Below, in pieces: positions 1-10,369 of a stretch of 62,126 nucleotides of DNA. Under the pieces are notes generated by a model. It ran no database searches and was not told the DNA's origin. It was given only the letters and a program-made list of their open reading frames with translations. This DNA comes from Candidatus Brocadiia bacterium. Lineage in GTDB: Bacteria; Planctomycetota; Brocadiia; SM23-32. The position numbers and the translations under genes are program-made. The stretch is taken from contig JBKHIT010000025.1 in NCBI GenBank assembly GCA_046538485.1, forward strand, positions 1 to 62,126, given 5' to 3'. The first letter of the stretch is position 1, and each line of letters begins with the position of its first letter.

Positions 1-430
1 TTTAACCTGACCGTCCCTCTTTGCGTTCTTCGTGGTGAACAGCGGAAGCGTGTGCGAAGTCCGATAACCACAGCACGGCGTGAGCGAAGATCGCGAGGGC
101 AATCACGAAATTGATATTGCATTTTGACCGGGGGGTGTGGGGAACAGAAGCAGTCATGGAGAGGTCTCTCCTTGCATGAGAAAAATACTGAAAACATACA
201 GCGCAATGGCAACCGATGCAGGACGGCAGACGCAGGAGTATGCCGTTGGATTCATGAAATGTTCAGGTTAGTGTCACCTGGCACAAACGTTGGGCCACCT
301 GACATGAAGGTGGCGAGAACTTCAGACGGGAGATACAGCATTTTGGTCCTCCGTTCGTGAGGGTATTGAGATGTATTCATCAATGAGAATTTGGTACCCT
401 TTGACCATTGCGTTGCCATGACCGGTGGCC

Positions 431-3400
431 TCAACCGTTCTCCGTTTCTTCCCTCACACCGGATATCGCCTCCCGCAGTTTATCCAGCGTCACCGGCTTG
501 GACAGCACAATGTCCACCGCGTCCACTTCTTCTCCCGCCGCCTCCATCATATCCCCGAAGCCGGTCAGCATGATCACGGGCTTACCGGGAGCCTCTTTCT
601 TCACCTGTGCGGCAAAATAGTCCCCGCCCAGTTCGGGCATCGACCGGTCCGTTATCACAAGGTCGTAGTAGCCGTCCATGAACATCCGGAGCCCTTCTCG
701 TCCATCCGGGGCCGTCTCCACCTCATGTTCATCCATCCGCAGGTATTCTCTCAGCAACTCACGCTGTTCATCTTCGTCCTCGACCACCAGAACCTTCAGG
801 GGCTCTGTCTTTTCCTCCCCGGCGGGTGTTGGGCGCTCCTCCTCGGTTTCTTCGCCCACCGGCAGATGGATGCGAAAAGTCGTACCCTTCCCTTCTTCAC
901 TTTTGACCTCTATTTTCCCCTCGTGTCGTTCAACGATCCCATGCACGATGGAGAGTCCCAGCCCGGTGTCCGTCTCCGGCTTGGTGGTGAAGAACGGCTC
1001 CAGGCAGTGTTCAGCTTCCTCTTCGGACATGCCGATCCCCGTATCCGTGACCTCAAGCAGGACCTCATCCTCCCGCCCCCGGGTCCGCACGGAGAGGATT
1101 CCGCCCTCGGGCATGGCATCCACGGCGTTGAAAATCAGATTCGTCAGCATCTCGTGCAGCTCCGCCTCGTTCCCCCGGACCTTTTCGATATCGCCGAGGT
1201 CCTTTTCCACTTCGATGTTTGCCCCCTTCGCCTGGGCCTGTTCTTTCCAGCGGGGGCGGGTCATGGACACGGCCTCTTCGACGAGGCTGTTCAAATCCAG
1301 CGCCGCGAACTGATCCTCCTCGCGGGGGCGGTAGAATTTCCGCATCCGGCGCACCGTCTCCGCGGCATTGCTTGCGGCCCTGTGCACGTGCCCCAGGTAG
1401 CCCGTGGCCGTCTCCCTGTCCTCCAGTTTCTCCGGCGACTGGAGCAGCAGGTCGGTGAAGCCGAGGATGGTGGAGAGGGCATTGTTAAAATCGTGGGCGA
1501 TGCCGCTGGCCATCGTGCCTAAGGCCCGCTGGCGTTTCTGCTCGATGACCTGCCGTCGGGTGCGACGCAACTCCTCCTCCGCTGCCTTGCGCTCTGTGAT
1601 GTCTCGGATGTTGCACTGGACCACTTGTTCCCCGTCGGCCTCGTAAGTGTTGCTGACAAACTCGACGGCAGCTTCATCTCCATTTTTTCTTTGCATCGGC
1701 AAATCTTCGTAACGCACGTAGCCCTGCTGTGCCAGATGCCGGAATCTTTCCCGGTTTTCGGCAATATCCCTGAAAGTCCCGACCTCCCACAGTTCCTTGC
1801 CGACGAGTTCCCCTTTTGAGTAGCCCAGGATATTTCTTATGAAAGGGTTGGCGTCTATTATCTGGCCTGTATTCGCATCCAGTATCAGCAGACCGTCTTG
1901 CGCAGTCTCGAAGAGCCTCCTGTAACGCGTTTCACTCCTCTCGAGCGCCTCTTCCGCTTCCATGCGCCGGAGCCCCTGTCCGAGGTCGCCCGCCACTTCG
2001 TCAATCACGCTTTTTTCGTCCTCGTCGATTTCGTACCCTTCAGCCGGACGGAAACTCAGCAGGCCGCCTATTCCTGTGCTCCCTCCGAAACTACAGTTGA
2101 GAGCCTTTCCTTCGCCGTGTGCCTCCCGCATGGGGCAATCCCCGCAGTCACGGGTCGGATCAAGAACAAAAACGGCTCCCGGCTCCGAAAGCGCCCGCCG
2201 GATGCACGCCGGCTTCCAACCGCTTTTCACCCGGGCAAGCAACTCATCAAAGCTCTGGCCGAGCCCGGCCCGGCCGACCAGGTTCAGTTCTCCCTCCCTG
2301 TCCCAGGTGGCCGCCCAGACGTACCTGTATTGGCGCGTCTCCATCAGACTCTGGCAACTCCGCTGCAGGAGCGCCTCGGGGTCGTCCTCTTCCACAATTA
2401 TTTGATTAACGTTTCGAATGGCACGCAACAGGGAGTTGAGACGGCGGATCTCCTGCTCTTTACGCTTGCGCTCGGTTATGTCCGTATGCATGCCGACCAC
2501 AGCCGTCACCGTGCCGTCATCCTGTTTGATGGGATAAGCGCGCAACATTACGTCGAGCACCTGCCCGTCCTTACCGCGCATCTTGACTTCCCCGCTCCAG
2601 CGACTACCCCCCCTGATGGTGGCAAAGACCTCCCGTCCCACTTCCTCATCGGCGTAGAGGGTGGCCGGTGGATCGCTGCCGGCCTCCCCGAAGAGCGCGT
2701 CGAACGAATGGTTCTGGTAGTAGTGCCGTCCTTCGGGCGTGGACATTCCCACGGCGTCGGAGGAGGTTTCAATGGCGATCTTGAAGAGCCGCAGGCTCTC
2801 CTCGGCCCGCTTTCGCTCGGTTATGTCCCTGACGACGGAGAGAATCCGCCGCTCCCCGCCCATCTCGAACAGATGGGAGCTTATTTCCACGGGGACCACC
2901 GTGCCGTCCTTCGCCATCTGCTCTGTTTCAAAGGTCACATACTTTTCGGCCTCCAGTTCAGACACAATGTTCGGCACGTTATCTTTTCTTTCTTCGGCTT
3001 CTATGTCCTGTGGCGTCACCCCCAGAAACTCGTCCCGGCTGTATCCGAGCATCTCACACGCAGTGTCGTTTACCTCCAGGAACACACCGGGCATACCGTC
3101 TTCCGTCAGAGCGTGGAGGTACATCGCATCGTTGGCGTTATTGAAAATCCGGCGGAACTTCTCCCGGCTCTTTCGCAGTTGCTGCTCGTTGGCCCGCAAT
3201 TCCCGCGTGCGTGCCGCCACCTGGCGGCGCAGGGACCACAACCAGAGCAGCGCCAGCAACGCGACGAGCAGCAGGGGGCCGGCGACCATGGCGATGACCT
3301 TCAGGACCTCCCCCCAGTGGAGGTGCTCCTCGTACACGCCCATCCACTTCTCGTAGAGGCGGTGATACTCGCCGGAGTTCTTTAGCAGGCGCATGCCTTC

Positions 3401-4840
3401 GACAAACTCGGCCAGCAAGGCCTCGCTGCCGGACGGCACGGCGTAGCAGTATTGGCCGGTGAACAGGGCATTCTTGCCGAGGACCAGATCGCTCCAGCCG
3501 TTCCTTTCGATGAAGTACAAGGCGCTCGTGCGCACGCCCACGCCGAGGTCGGCACGGCCGTCGCGGACGGCGCGCAAGACGTCTTCCTGGGTCTTGACCG
3601 TAACGATATCGGTGTCGATCCCGCGTTCGGCAAGGGTCTCCAGCAGCGCGTCGCGGGCCTCGACCGCGACGCGGTGTCCCTCAAGACCCTCGATCGTTTC
3701 GGGCGGCGGCCCCGCATCCGCCCGTGCCAGCCCGACGTAATGCGAGGCCAGATAGTGGGGTGAGAAGTCCAGCTGGCGGTTTCGCTCGGGGGTGTAGAAC
3801 ATCCCCTGGATCGCGTCAATTTCCCCATTCTCAAGTTCCTCGACAATGTCTTTCCACGGACCCAGTTGAATATGCACGTTCATGTTCATTTCGCGGGCGA
3901 TCGCCCGGGTCAGTTCGACCGTGAAACCGGTCGGCCGCCCGTTTTTGTCCAGGAACTCGAACGGTGGGTAGTTGTGGTCGCCGCCGATCACGATAGGCCG
4001 ATCCGATGGCAGTTCCAGGTGCGCGAACCACTTGGCGTGCAGCCGGCGCCGCGTTCCGTCGGCCACGACGAGCGCGAGTCCCTCGTTGAGCAGCGCCAGC
4101 GTCTCGCGGTCGCCTTCTTTCACGGCGAAGCAGAAGTCCTGGGCGAATTCCTTAATCGGCCGGTCAATGATGCGCAGCCGATCGGACAGGTCCATTTTTT
4201 CCAGAAGCCTGAGCGCAACAAGACGCTGGACCACTGCGGCGTCGCAGCGCCCCTCTGCCAGGGCGCGAAAGGCATCGGAGAAGGTCGGCGTGGCGATGAT
4301 CTCGAGACTGCGATCCCTGCGCTGCAGAAACTCCTCGGCGTTGTCGCCTTTCATCACCCCGACGCGCTGGCCGCGCAGGTCGGCGAGGGTATGCACGCCA
4401 TCAGTATCCCGACGCACGACAATCGCGCCGTGCATGGTCAGGTACGGGACGGTGAAGTCGAACAGTGCCTCCCGCTCCGGCGTGCGGCCGACCAGCGGCA
4501 GGCAATCCACCTCGCCCCGTTCCAACCAGCCCCGTACTTCGGCCCACGGGCCGGTGCGGAACGTTACCTCACGCCCCATCTTCGCGAGAGCTGCCCGCAG
4601 CAACTCAACGGAAAATCCGTCCGCCTGTCCGTCTTCATGGACGATGCAGAAGGGCGGGTAGTCGATCTCGCAGCCACTGCTGAGCGGCGGCCCGCTCGTT
4701 TCGCCCGCATACACGCCAAATGGGCAAAGCAGCGCCGCCATTACACTCAGGACGCAGAGGATCGAGACAGGCATCCCTCCGACAGCCCCCAGTAAAGTCA
4801 AAGCCGACCATCGTCTGTCGCTGTCCCTCGCGCCTTTCAT
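431..4840 (-). CDS. Hybrid sensor histidine kinase/response regulator (2x periplasmic solute-binding domains, TM, PAS, PAS, GAF, PAS, HisKA, HATPase, REC)
   Basis: Two SBP_bac_3-like repeats (DYPPFC..GFSVEL; NYPPFEF..GFTVEL). H-box IAHDFNNAL, N-box NLIFNAVDAM, G boxes DTGIGM/PFFTTK/TGLGL, receiver VLVVEDE..LVITDRSMP..KP. Start placed at ATG 4840 after GGAGGTGAGG RBS. Confidence 0.93.
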   Translation of the reverse strand: MKGARDSDRRWSALTLLGAVGGMPVSILCVLSVMAALLCPFGVYAGETSGPPLSSGCEIDYPPFCIVHEDGQADGFSVELLRAALAKMGREVTFRTGPWAEVRGWLERGEVDCLPLVGRTPEREALFDFTVPYLTMHGAIVVRRDTDGVHTLADLRGQRVGVMKGDNAEEFLQRRDRSLEIIATPTFSDAFRALAEGRCDAAVVQRLVALRLLEKMDLSDRLRIIDRPIKEFAQDFCFAVKEGDRETLALLNEGLALVVADGTRRRLHAKWFAHLELPSDRPIVIGGDHNYPPFEFLDKNGRPTGFTVELTRAIAREMNMNVHIQLGPWKDIVEELENGEIDAIQGMFYTPERNRQLDFSPHYLASHYVGLARADAGPPPETIEGLEGHRVAVEARDALLETLAERGIDTDIVTVKTQEDVLRAVRDGRADLGVGVRTSALYFIERNGWSDLVLGKNALFTGQYCYAVPSGSEALLAEFVEGMRLLKNSGEYHRLYEKWMGVYEEHLHWGEVLKVIAMVAGPLLLVALLALLWLWSLRRQVAARTRELRANEQQLRKSREKFRRIFNNANDAMYLHALTEDGMPGVFLEVNDTACEMLGYSRDEFLGVTPQDIEAEERKDNVPNIVSELEAEKYVTFETEQMAKDGTVVPVEISSHLFEMGGERRILSVVRDITERKRAEESLRLFKIAIETSSDAVGMSTPEGRHYYQNHSFDALFGEAGSDPPATLYADEEVGREVFATIRGGSRWSGEVKMRGKDGQVLDVMLRAYPIKQDDGTVTAVVGMHTDITERKRKEQEIRRLNSLLRAIRNVNQIIVEEDDPEALLQRSCQSLMETRQYRYVWAATWDREGELNLVGRAGLGQSFDELLARVKSGWKPACIRRALSEPGAVFVLDPTRDCGDCPMREAHGEGKALNCSFGGSTGIGGLLSFRPAEGYEIDEDEKSVIDEVAGDLGQGLRRMEAEEALERSETRYRRLFETAQDGLLILDANTGQIIDANPFIRNILGYSKGELVGKELWEVGTFRDIAENRERFRHLAQQGYVRYEDLPMQRKNGDEAAVEFVSNTYEADGEQVVQCNIRDITERKAAEEELRRTRRQVIEQKRQRALGTMASGIAHDFNNALSTILGFTDLLLQSPEKLEDRETATGYLGHVHRAASNAAETVRRMRKFYRPREEDQFAALDLNSLVEEAVSMTRPRWKEQAQAKGANIEVEKDLGDIEKVRGNEAELHEMLTNLIFNAVDAMPEGGILSVRTRGREDEVLLEVTDTGIGMSEEEAEHCLEPFFTTKPETDTGLGLSIVHGIVERHEGKIEVKSEEGKGTTFRIHLPVGEETEEERPTPAGEEKTEPLKVLVVEDEDEQRELLREYLRMDEHEVETAPDGREGLRMFMDGYYDLVITDRSMPELGGDYFAAQVKKEAPGKPVIMLTGFGDMMEAAGEEVDAVDIVLSKPVTLDKLREAISGVREETENG

Positions 4841-5102
4841 GTCCTCACCTCCCCGGCTCTTCGCAAAGCAGTTGTGGCCCCGAATCTCCAACTGTGTACG
4901 TCACCCGCCCGCAGGCTATGTTCAGGGAGCAGTTCCGTCTCTGCACTCCACCGGTTTCCGTTGCGACTATCGGCAGACCCATCCTGCCGGGAATCTCTTC
5001 CAGCGACTGAACGGTTTTCGGTCCGGGGCTCTCGTGACCTTGACCCAGAACGTTGGCTCCGCCGACGAGACAGGCACGGATTCGAGTTTCATCTGCACCG
5101 AG

Positions 5103-5510
5103 TTTACTGGTTCAGCGTGAATTGGACAAATCGTTTTTCGACTTGAGCAACAAACGGCAACGACAACGGCGGATTTTTTTAAGGCATGAAGGGCGTCGAC
5201 AGAAGTTTACAGAAGAGGCTGAGGACAGGTTTTGGCACCTGCCATCATGCGATGTTCTGTCGCTTGCCCCAGCCGGTTATCCCTGGCAGGGCCGTTCCCA
5301 GCAGAGCCTGCTTCCGTGTTACCAGCTAATCTGCTCTTTATCATCTGTCAAGTTTTCCTGGCCATGGTGGCTTTTTCGGCTCCGCTTGCGAGCAGCGGCA
5401 AGCTTCTCCCGGCGCCGGGCGTTGAACCTCGTGGTGTCACCGCGGCAAAGACAACGACGGTTGTTGTCCGGCCGGACGTCAGGGATGCGGGCGTCAGAAG
5501 CCAGCGCCAT
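5103..5510 (-). mobile_element. Probable degenerate 3' end of an IS3-like element (transposase C-terminal remnant, non-coding tail, terminal repeat)
   Basis: Minus-strand peptide ...ARRREKLAAARKRSRK resembles the basic C-terminus of IS3-type transposases. It is followed by a ~210 bp non-coding tail ending in TCCAATTCACGCTGAACCAGTAAA, reminiscent of IS ends. Recognition from memory only. Confidence 0.4.
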
Positions 5511-5667
5511 TGTTTTACAGACTATAATGTTCCCCTCATACTACCGTAGTGTTAGCCCCTGACAAAAGCTATTTCGGTCAACAAGAAACAATGGAATTAA
5601 CGGACTCGGCGGTGCGGCTCCGCTATCAGGAAACATTCGGATTGGATAACATGAGGAGCGACGATTA

Positions 5668-7899
5668 ATGAGTGAGAAGAGGCAACTTCATCTGCTGTTG
5701 AGCACCGTTCTGCTGGCTGTTTTCGCCCTTACGGCCGGGTGTGCCCGTCCCGAAAAGCAGCGTTTGATCGTTCAGAACCCCTACGAGGAGGTTAACTGGA
5801 CCGAGGTGGGTCGCTACAGGGCGAATCTGCACACACATACCACCAGTAGCGACGGCCGCCTGGACCCCCACGAGGCGGTGGACCGTTACCATGCCCTCGG
5901 GTACCGCATCCTGGCCATCACGGACCACAACAGGGTGACTTACCCCTGGGACTCCTTCAGGGAGATTGAGCCCGACAAATCGAACGAGTATGAAAACCGC
6001 GATCCTGGTGCCCTCGGTATACTGGCCGTCGAGGGTAACGAACTGTCCAGCCACCACCACACGGGCAGCTACTTCAGCGACTACAAGGGGACGGATGTCG
6101 TCGAGGACTCCCTGGAGGCCATCGATGAGAAGGGGGGCCTCGCCGTGTTCTTCCACCCCGGCCGTTACGACCATCCGGTGGAATGGTACACTGACTTTTA
6201 TCGCCGCCACGACCATCTTGTCGGTATGGAAGTTTTCAACCAGGGTGACCGCTATCCTGATGACCGAAAGTTCTGGGACGAAATTCTCACCGGGATGATG
6301 CCCGAACGTCCCGTCTGGGGTTACTCCAACGACGATATGCACCAGCTGGCTCACCTGGGACGCAACTGGAACATCTTTTTGATGGCTGAGCTTACCACAC
6401 AGTCCCTGCAGCGGGCGCTTCGCGGGGGTCACTCGTATTTTGTCTATGCCCCGGAGGGACACGACGGTCCCTCCCCGCCGGTCATCGAATCCATTGTCGT
6501 GGACCCGTATAAGGCGACCATTCACATTGATGCATCCAACTACGAGTCCATTAACTGGGTCAGCGAGGGGAAGGCCGTCCATACGGGCAACCGCATACGC
6601 CTGGGGGACGTTCCGAACCTCGGTTCCTACGTGCGTGCCATGCTGCACGGCGAATCCGGCAGCGTTGCGGGAACACAGCCGTTTGGCCTCCGACGTACTG
6701 TAGAGGCGTCCCTGCAGATCCGCAATGAGAACGATGCGCTTATCTATCCGGATGACGGTCACGTTGAGGCGCGGTTGAACGTGGAAAACCTGACCGATAA
6801 TGAGGTGTCCGTAGATCTTAAGGCCCTTCTGGACGGCCGCAGCGTGATTGATCGGTCGCTATCGCTGGCGGGTGGAGTCACGCGGACTATCCCTGTGGCA
6901 GTGCCGGTCAAGGCGCTGAATAGAGGTAAAGAGCTCGACATCACGATGGATCTTGGTCGCGATTACGGCAGCCTGTGTATGGTACCGGCACAGTTTCCGC
7001 TGGAGCTGGAACGCCCGCTGGAGGTCGACTTCGAATTTCCGGCCGTCGACACGGCACGGATCACGTTGCAGAATACGCTCGGGCGTGAAATGAATCTGGA
7101 TCTGGCTGCCGATGTGGAGGGCCGGACGATCATGGAGCGATCCGTTTCGCTGCCCGCTGACGAAAGCGCTGAGCTGACCTGCTCAATGCCGAACCTCAGG
7201 GGGCGGCGGGAGGAGTTGATGCTCCGCGCCGGCTGGGACCGGGCCATCGAACCCGAGCCGGGCGTGTTTGAGACCACAGTTGACCTTCGCGGTCTGGGCG
7301 TAATACCCCGTCTGGCGGATGGCATCGAGGTGGACGGCAGGTTGGAAGAGTGGGGTGAGCCCGCACTGACTCTGCAGGACCGCGAAGATGTCTTCTCCGA
7401 AGACCGGCGCGACCAGTGGGAAGGACCCGAGGACTACAGCGCCCGCCTGTGGTGGGGTTGGGACGGTGAAACCCTCTGCCTGGCGGCCGAGGTCATGGAT
7501 GATCGGCATGTCAATCCCCGTAGCGGCGGGGGCATATGGAACGGGAGCGCCCTCCAGATGGGCGTCGCGCCTCCGGGGAAGAAGGCGAGCAATGTGGGCC
7601 TTGCACTTACCGATGAGGGCACTGTATTCCATTGCTGGGGCAGTCCTTCCGAGGAACTTGCCGGGGCGGCGGATTATGCCGTGCGGCGAGACGAAGAAGC
7701 CCGCCGGACCGTCTACGAGCTGCGCCTGCCGCTGGAGCACCTGTCTGTTTCCGTCCAACCAGGGACCCTGTTCGGCCTGAACATCGTCCTATTTGATGAC
7801 GATGAGGGGGACGGCTTCGATTTCTGGCTGCAGATGGCGCCTGGACTGGCCGGTGGGCGCGACCTGAGCCTCTACCCCCGGTTCCTGCTGGAGGAATAA
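5668..7899 (+). CDS. Lipoprotein: PHP-family (CehA/McbA-like) metallohydrolase with Ig-like and C-terminal CBM9-like sugar-binding domain
   Basis: Lipobox LTAG-C. PHP metal motifs NLHTHT, ITDHN, FFHP, SNDDMH. C-terminal VDGRLEEW..LAAEVMDDRH..YELRLP..NIVLFDDD typical of CBM9-like/DOMON domains. GAGGAG RBS. Confidence 0.82.
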   Translation: MSEKRQLHLLLSTVLLAVFALTAGCARPEKQRLIVQNPYEEVNWTEVGRYRANLHTHTTSSDGRLDPHEAVDRYHALGYRILAITDHNRVTYPWDSFREIEPDKSNEYENRDPGALGILAVEGNELSSHHHTGSYFSDYKGTDVVEDSLEAIDEKGGLAVFFHPGRYDHPVEWYTDFYRRHDHLVGMEVFNQGDRYPDDRKFWDEILTGMMPERPVWGYSNDDMHQLAHLGRNWNIFLMAELTTQSLQRALRGGHSYFVYAPEGHDGPSPPVIESIVVDPYKATIHIDASNYESINWVSEGKAVHTGNRIRLGDVPNLGSYVRAMLHGESGSVAGTQPFGLRRTVEASLQIRNENDALIYPDDGHVEARLNVENLTDNEVSVDLKALLDGRSVIDRSLSLAGGVTRTIPVAVPVKALNRGKELDITMDLGRDYGSLCMVPAQFPLELERPLEVDFEFPAVDTARITLQNTLGREMNLDLAADVEGRTIMERSVSLPADESAELTCSMPNLRGRREELMLRAGWDRAIEPEPGVFETTVDLRGLGVIPRLADGIEVDGRLEEWGEPALTLQDREDVFSEDRRDQWEGPEDYSARLWWGWDGETLCLAAEVMDDRHVNPRSGGGIWNGSALQMGVAPPGKKASNVGLALTDEGTVFHCWGSPSEELAGAADYAVRRDEEARRTVYELRLPLEHLSVSVQPGTLFGLNIVLFDDDEGDGFDFWLQMAPGLAGGRDLSLYPRFLLEE

Positions 7900-8107
7900 T
7901 CTGCAGGGCTATAGTTTTTGCTACTGAAGATGGCACTGATTGAGAGCCCGCGTGACGGTACGAGCGGGAATGTTTTTGCGTCAGGAGCAGTTGCAGCCTA
8001 TTATGTTGTGCGAAATGCATTGAATTAGATGGCCGGTGAAAAACCGGTTCATGTCCCCGGAATTCCTGGTAGCGGACGCCGATTTGCTGTTTGCGCCCAT
8101 TTTACTA

Positions 8108-8375
8108 GTGGTCCGTTCCATTTGATTTTGTGGGTTCATCCGGTCGTCGGTGGTTCAGATGCAAGGTGCAGTGAGAAGTTCGACCCAAGTGGGTCCACGC
8201 CGAACTGCAACGCCGCAGATGGGCCGCCGCCGTCCGGCCCGTAGGGAGCAATTCTGCCGGGTCATTTCTTCGTTGCGGCTTCGCAGGGACCCGTCCGGGT
8301 CACCTTTGGCGCCGCGCCTCGAACTGACCTCGGCAGAATTGCTCTGAACCCACAAAATCAAATGGAACGGACCAC
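8108..8375. mobile_element. MITE-like element with perfect 31-bp terminal inverted repeats
   Basis: GTGGTCCGTTCCATTTGATTTTGTGGGTTCA (8108-8138) is the exact reverse complement of 8345-8375. Flanks are CTAG/CCAG. An internal 14-bp IR lies at 8246-8259/8331-8344. No coding capacity. Confidence 0.8.
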
Positions 8376-8519
8376 CAGCTCAGGAGGCTCGTTTCAGTTT
8401 CCTGCGGCGAAAACATGCTGCATAATATGAGAGATCAGGATCGCGAACAGTTACAGAATCCGGGGCACAGATGGAGGTTTTGTCGGTAATCGAGGTTATC
8501 TCCCAATGGAGAATTGCGA

Positions 8520-10115
8520 ATGAAGGCACTGCTCCTGCATCCGCGAATTTCCTCTCGCGGCTTCTGGAACTACAGAGCCGTCTGCCGGCTTCTGGGAGCC
8601 GAGTACCCGGCTTCACCTCTGGGCCTGATCACCATGGCGGCACTTCTTCCGGCCGAATGGGACCTGCGCCTCATTGATCTCAACACGGCTCCATTGAGTG
8701 ATCGGGATATTGATTGGGCCGACCTGGTTTTTATGGGGGCAATGTTGCCGCAGCAGTCGCGATTGCTGGACCTCGTGGATCGGGTTCATTCACGAGGCAA
8801 GAAGGTGGTGGTGGGCGGGCCGGACCCGACTTCCCAACCCGAGGTCTACGAAAGTGCTGACTATCTGGTTCTGGGCGAGGCCGAGCGCTCGCTGACACCC
8901 TTCCTGAATGATCTGGCGAAGGGCGTGCCCGCGGGCACCTACGAGCCGAATGGGCGGCCGTCGATGTCCGAGACTCCGGTGCCGCGGTTCGATCTCCTTG
9001 ACCTGGACAACTATTTGATGGTCGGCGTTCAGTTCTGCAGGGGGTGTCCGTTCAACTGCGAGTTCTGCGACATCATCGAGCTCTACGGCAGGAAACCCAG
9101 AACGAAGAGCTCCCGGCAGATCGTGGCGGAACTGGAGGCGCTCCACGCTCTGGGCTATCGGGGTCACGTGGATTTCGTGGACGACAACTTCATCGGTCAC
9201 AAAAAGCAGGCGAAAGAGATTCTGCGGGCCGTCAAAGAGTGGTCGGCCGAACACGATCACCCGTTTTTCTTCTCGACGGAAGCGTCAATAAATCTGGCCG
9301 ACGACGACGAGTTGCTTGCGCTTATGCAGGAGCTGGACTTTCGCTACGTGTTCGTGGGCATCGAGTCGGCAGATGAACGCGTCCTGGCGAGCGCCCAGAA
9401 GCAGCAGAATCTGAACCGGGACATGGTTGCGGATCTGAAAAAGTTCCAGCGGCATGGGATCGTCGTCAACGGCGGATTCATCCTCGGATTCGATCAGGAA
9501 AGCAGGGCGTGCGCCGACGGGATGATTGATGTCATCGAGCGCGGCAACATCGTCATGGCCATGGTGGGACTGCTTTTCGCGCTGCCCAATACCCAGCTCA
9601 GGCGCAGGCTTCAGAGGGAGGGGAGGCTTTTAAATGTGAGCACCACCGTGAGCCAAGATGTTGAGAAGGGAGAGAACCAGATTGACCAGACCACCAGCGG
9701 CCTGAACTTCATCACGAAACGGCCCAAGGCCGAAGTGCTGGAAGATTTCCTCCGAGTTATCGACGAGACGTACTCTGCGAAAAATTACTTCGATCGCTGT
9801 CTGCGCCTGAGTAAGAACCTGGAAATCAACCCCCGTTTCAAGCCGAACTGGCGGACGAAATTGGGCTACGCAGGGGCGTTCCTGAAGCTCACAGTCCGCC
9901 TCGGGCTGCGGCCCTCCACGTGTTACTACTTCTGGAGGAACCTCTTTGCGGTCCTTTTGACAAACCCTGCAGCCGCGGAAACAGTCGTCAACCTCATGGC
10001 CATGTATCTGCATTTCGGGTCACAGGCAAAATTCCTTATCCGACGGACGGAAGAGAAGATCAGAAAACTCCGATCCGGGGGGGTACAGGTTTCAGAATCT
10101 GCCCAGCCTACATAA
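8520..10115 (+). CDS. B12-binding radical SAM protein (DUF4070-type C-terminus)
   Basis: N-terminal PLGLITMAALLP..VVVGGP B12-binding signature. CPFNCEFC CxxxCxxC motif, FVDDNF, VFVGIES, GFILGFD. Confidence 0.9.
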   Translation: MKALLLHPRISSRGFWNYRAVCRLLGAEYPASPLGLITMAALLPAEWDLRLIDLNTAPLSDRDIDWADLVFMGAMLPQQSRLLDLVDRVHSRGKKVVVGGPDPTSQPEVYESADYLVLGEAERSLTPFLNDLAKGVPAGTYEPNGRPSMSETPVPRFDLLDLDNYLMVGVQFCRGCPFNCEFCDIIELYGRKPRTKSSRQIVAELEALHALGYRGHVDFVDDNFIGHKKQAKEILRAVKEWSAEHDHPFFFSTEASINLADDDELLALMQELDFRYVFVGIESADERVLASAQKQQNLNRDMVADLKKFQRHGIVVNGGFILGFDQESRACADGMIDVIERGNIVMAMVGLLFALPNTQLRRRLQREGRLLNVSTTVSQDVEKGENQIDQTTSGLNFITKRPKAEVLEDFLRVIDETYSAKNYFDRCLRLSKNLEINPRFKPNWRTKLGYAGAFLKLTVRLGLRPSTCYYFWRNLFAVLLTNPAAAETVVNLMAMYLHFGSQAKFLIRRTEEKIRKLRSGGVQVSESAQPT

Positions 10116-10369
10116 CCGCCGCCGGTCCGGGGCCCTGCGTTCCAGCCAAAACTCCCAGATGGCAGGCGACCGGGGAAAAAGCCGGCAGGATCACCGCCCC
10201 CGGCCCCAGCTCGGCAGGAGGCAGTGAAAGCCCGGCGGAGAGGGAAGGAATCGCATTGCGTCAACAGCTGGTCTCTTGCATACTGGCTATAGAAAGAAAA
10301 ACTATGAGAAATAGGGAACAAAGGGAAATCGAGAGCTATGATGCGCGGGCGACTCATTGGGTACGGCCC

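Noticed and set aside
124..434. Short ORFs downstream of the kinase
   Set aside because: No motif or convincing RBS. Cannot be supported as genes.
425..4795. Long plus-strand ORFs (425-1522, 1898-3385, 3866-4795) opposite the kinase
   Set aside because: Antisense shadows of a GC-rich gene, with no recognisable motifs.
9920..10369. N-terminal 150 codons of the 649-aa ORF
   Set aside because: Overlaps the radical SAM gene and has low-complexity, non-protein-like content. The real start is probably later.
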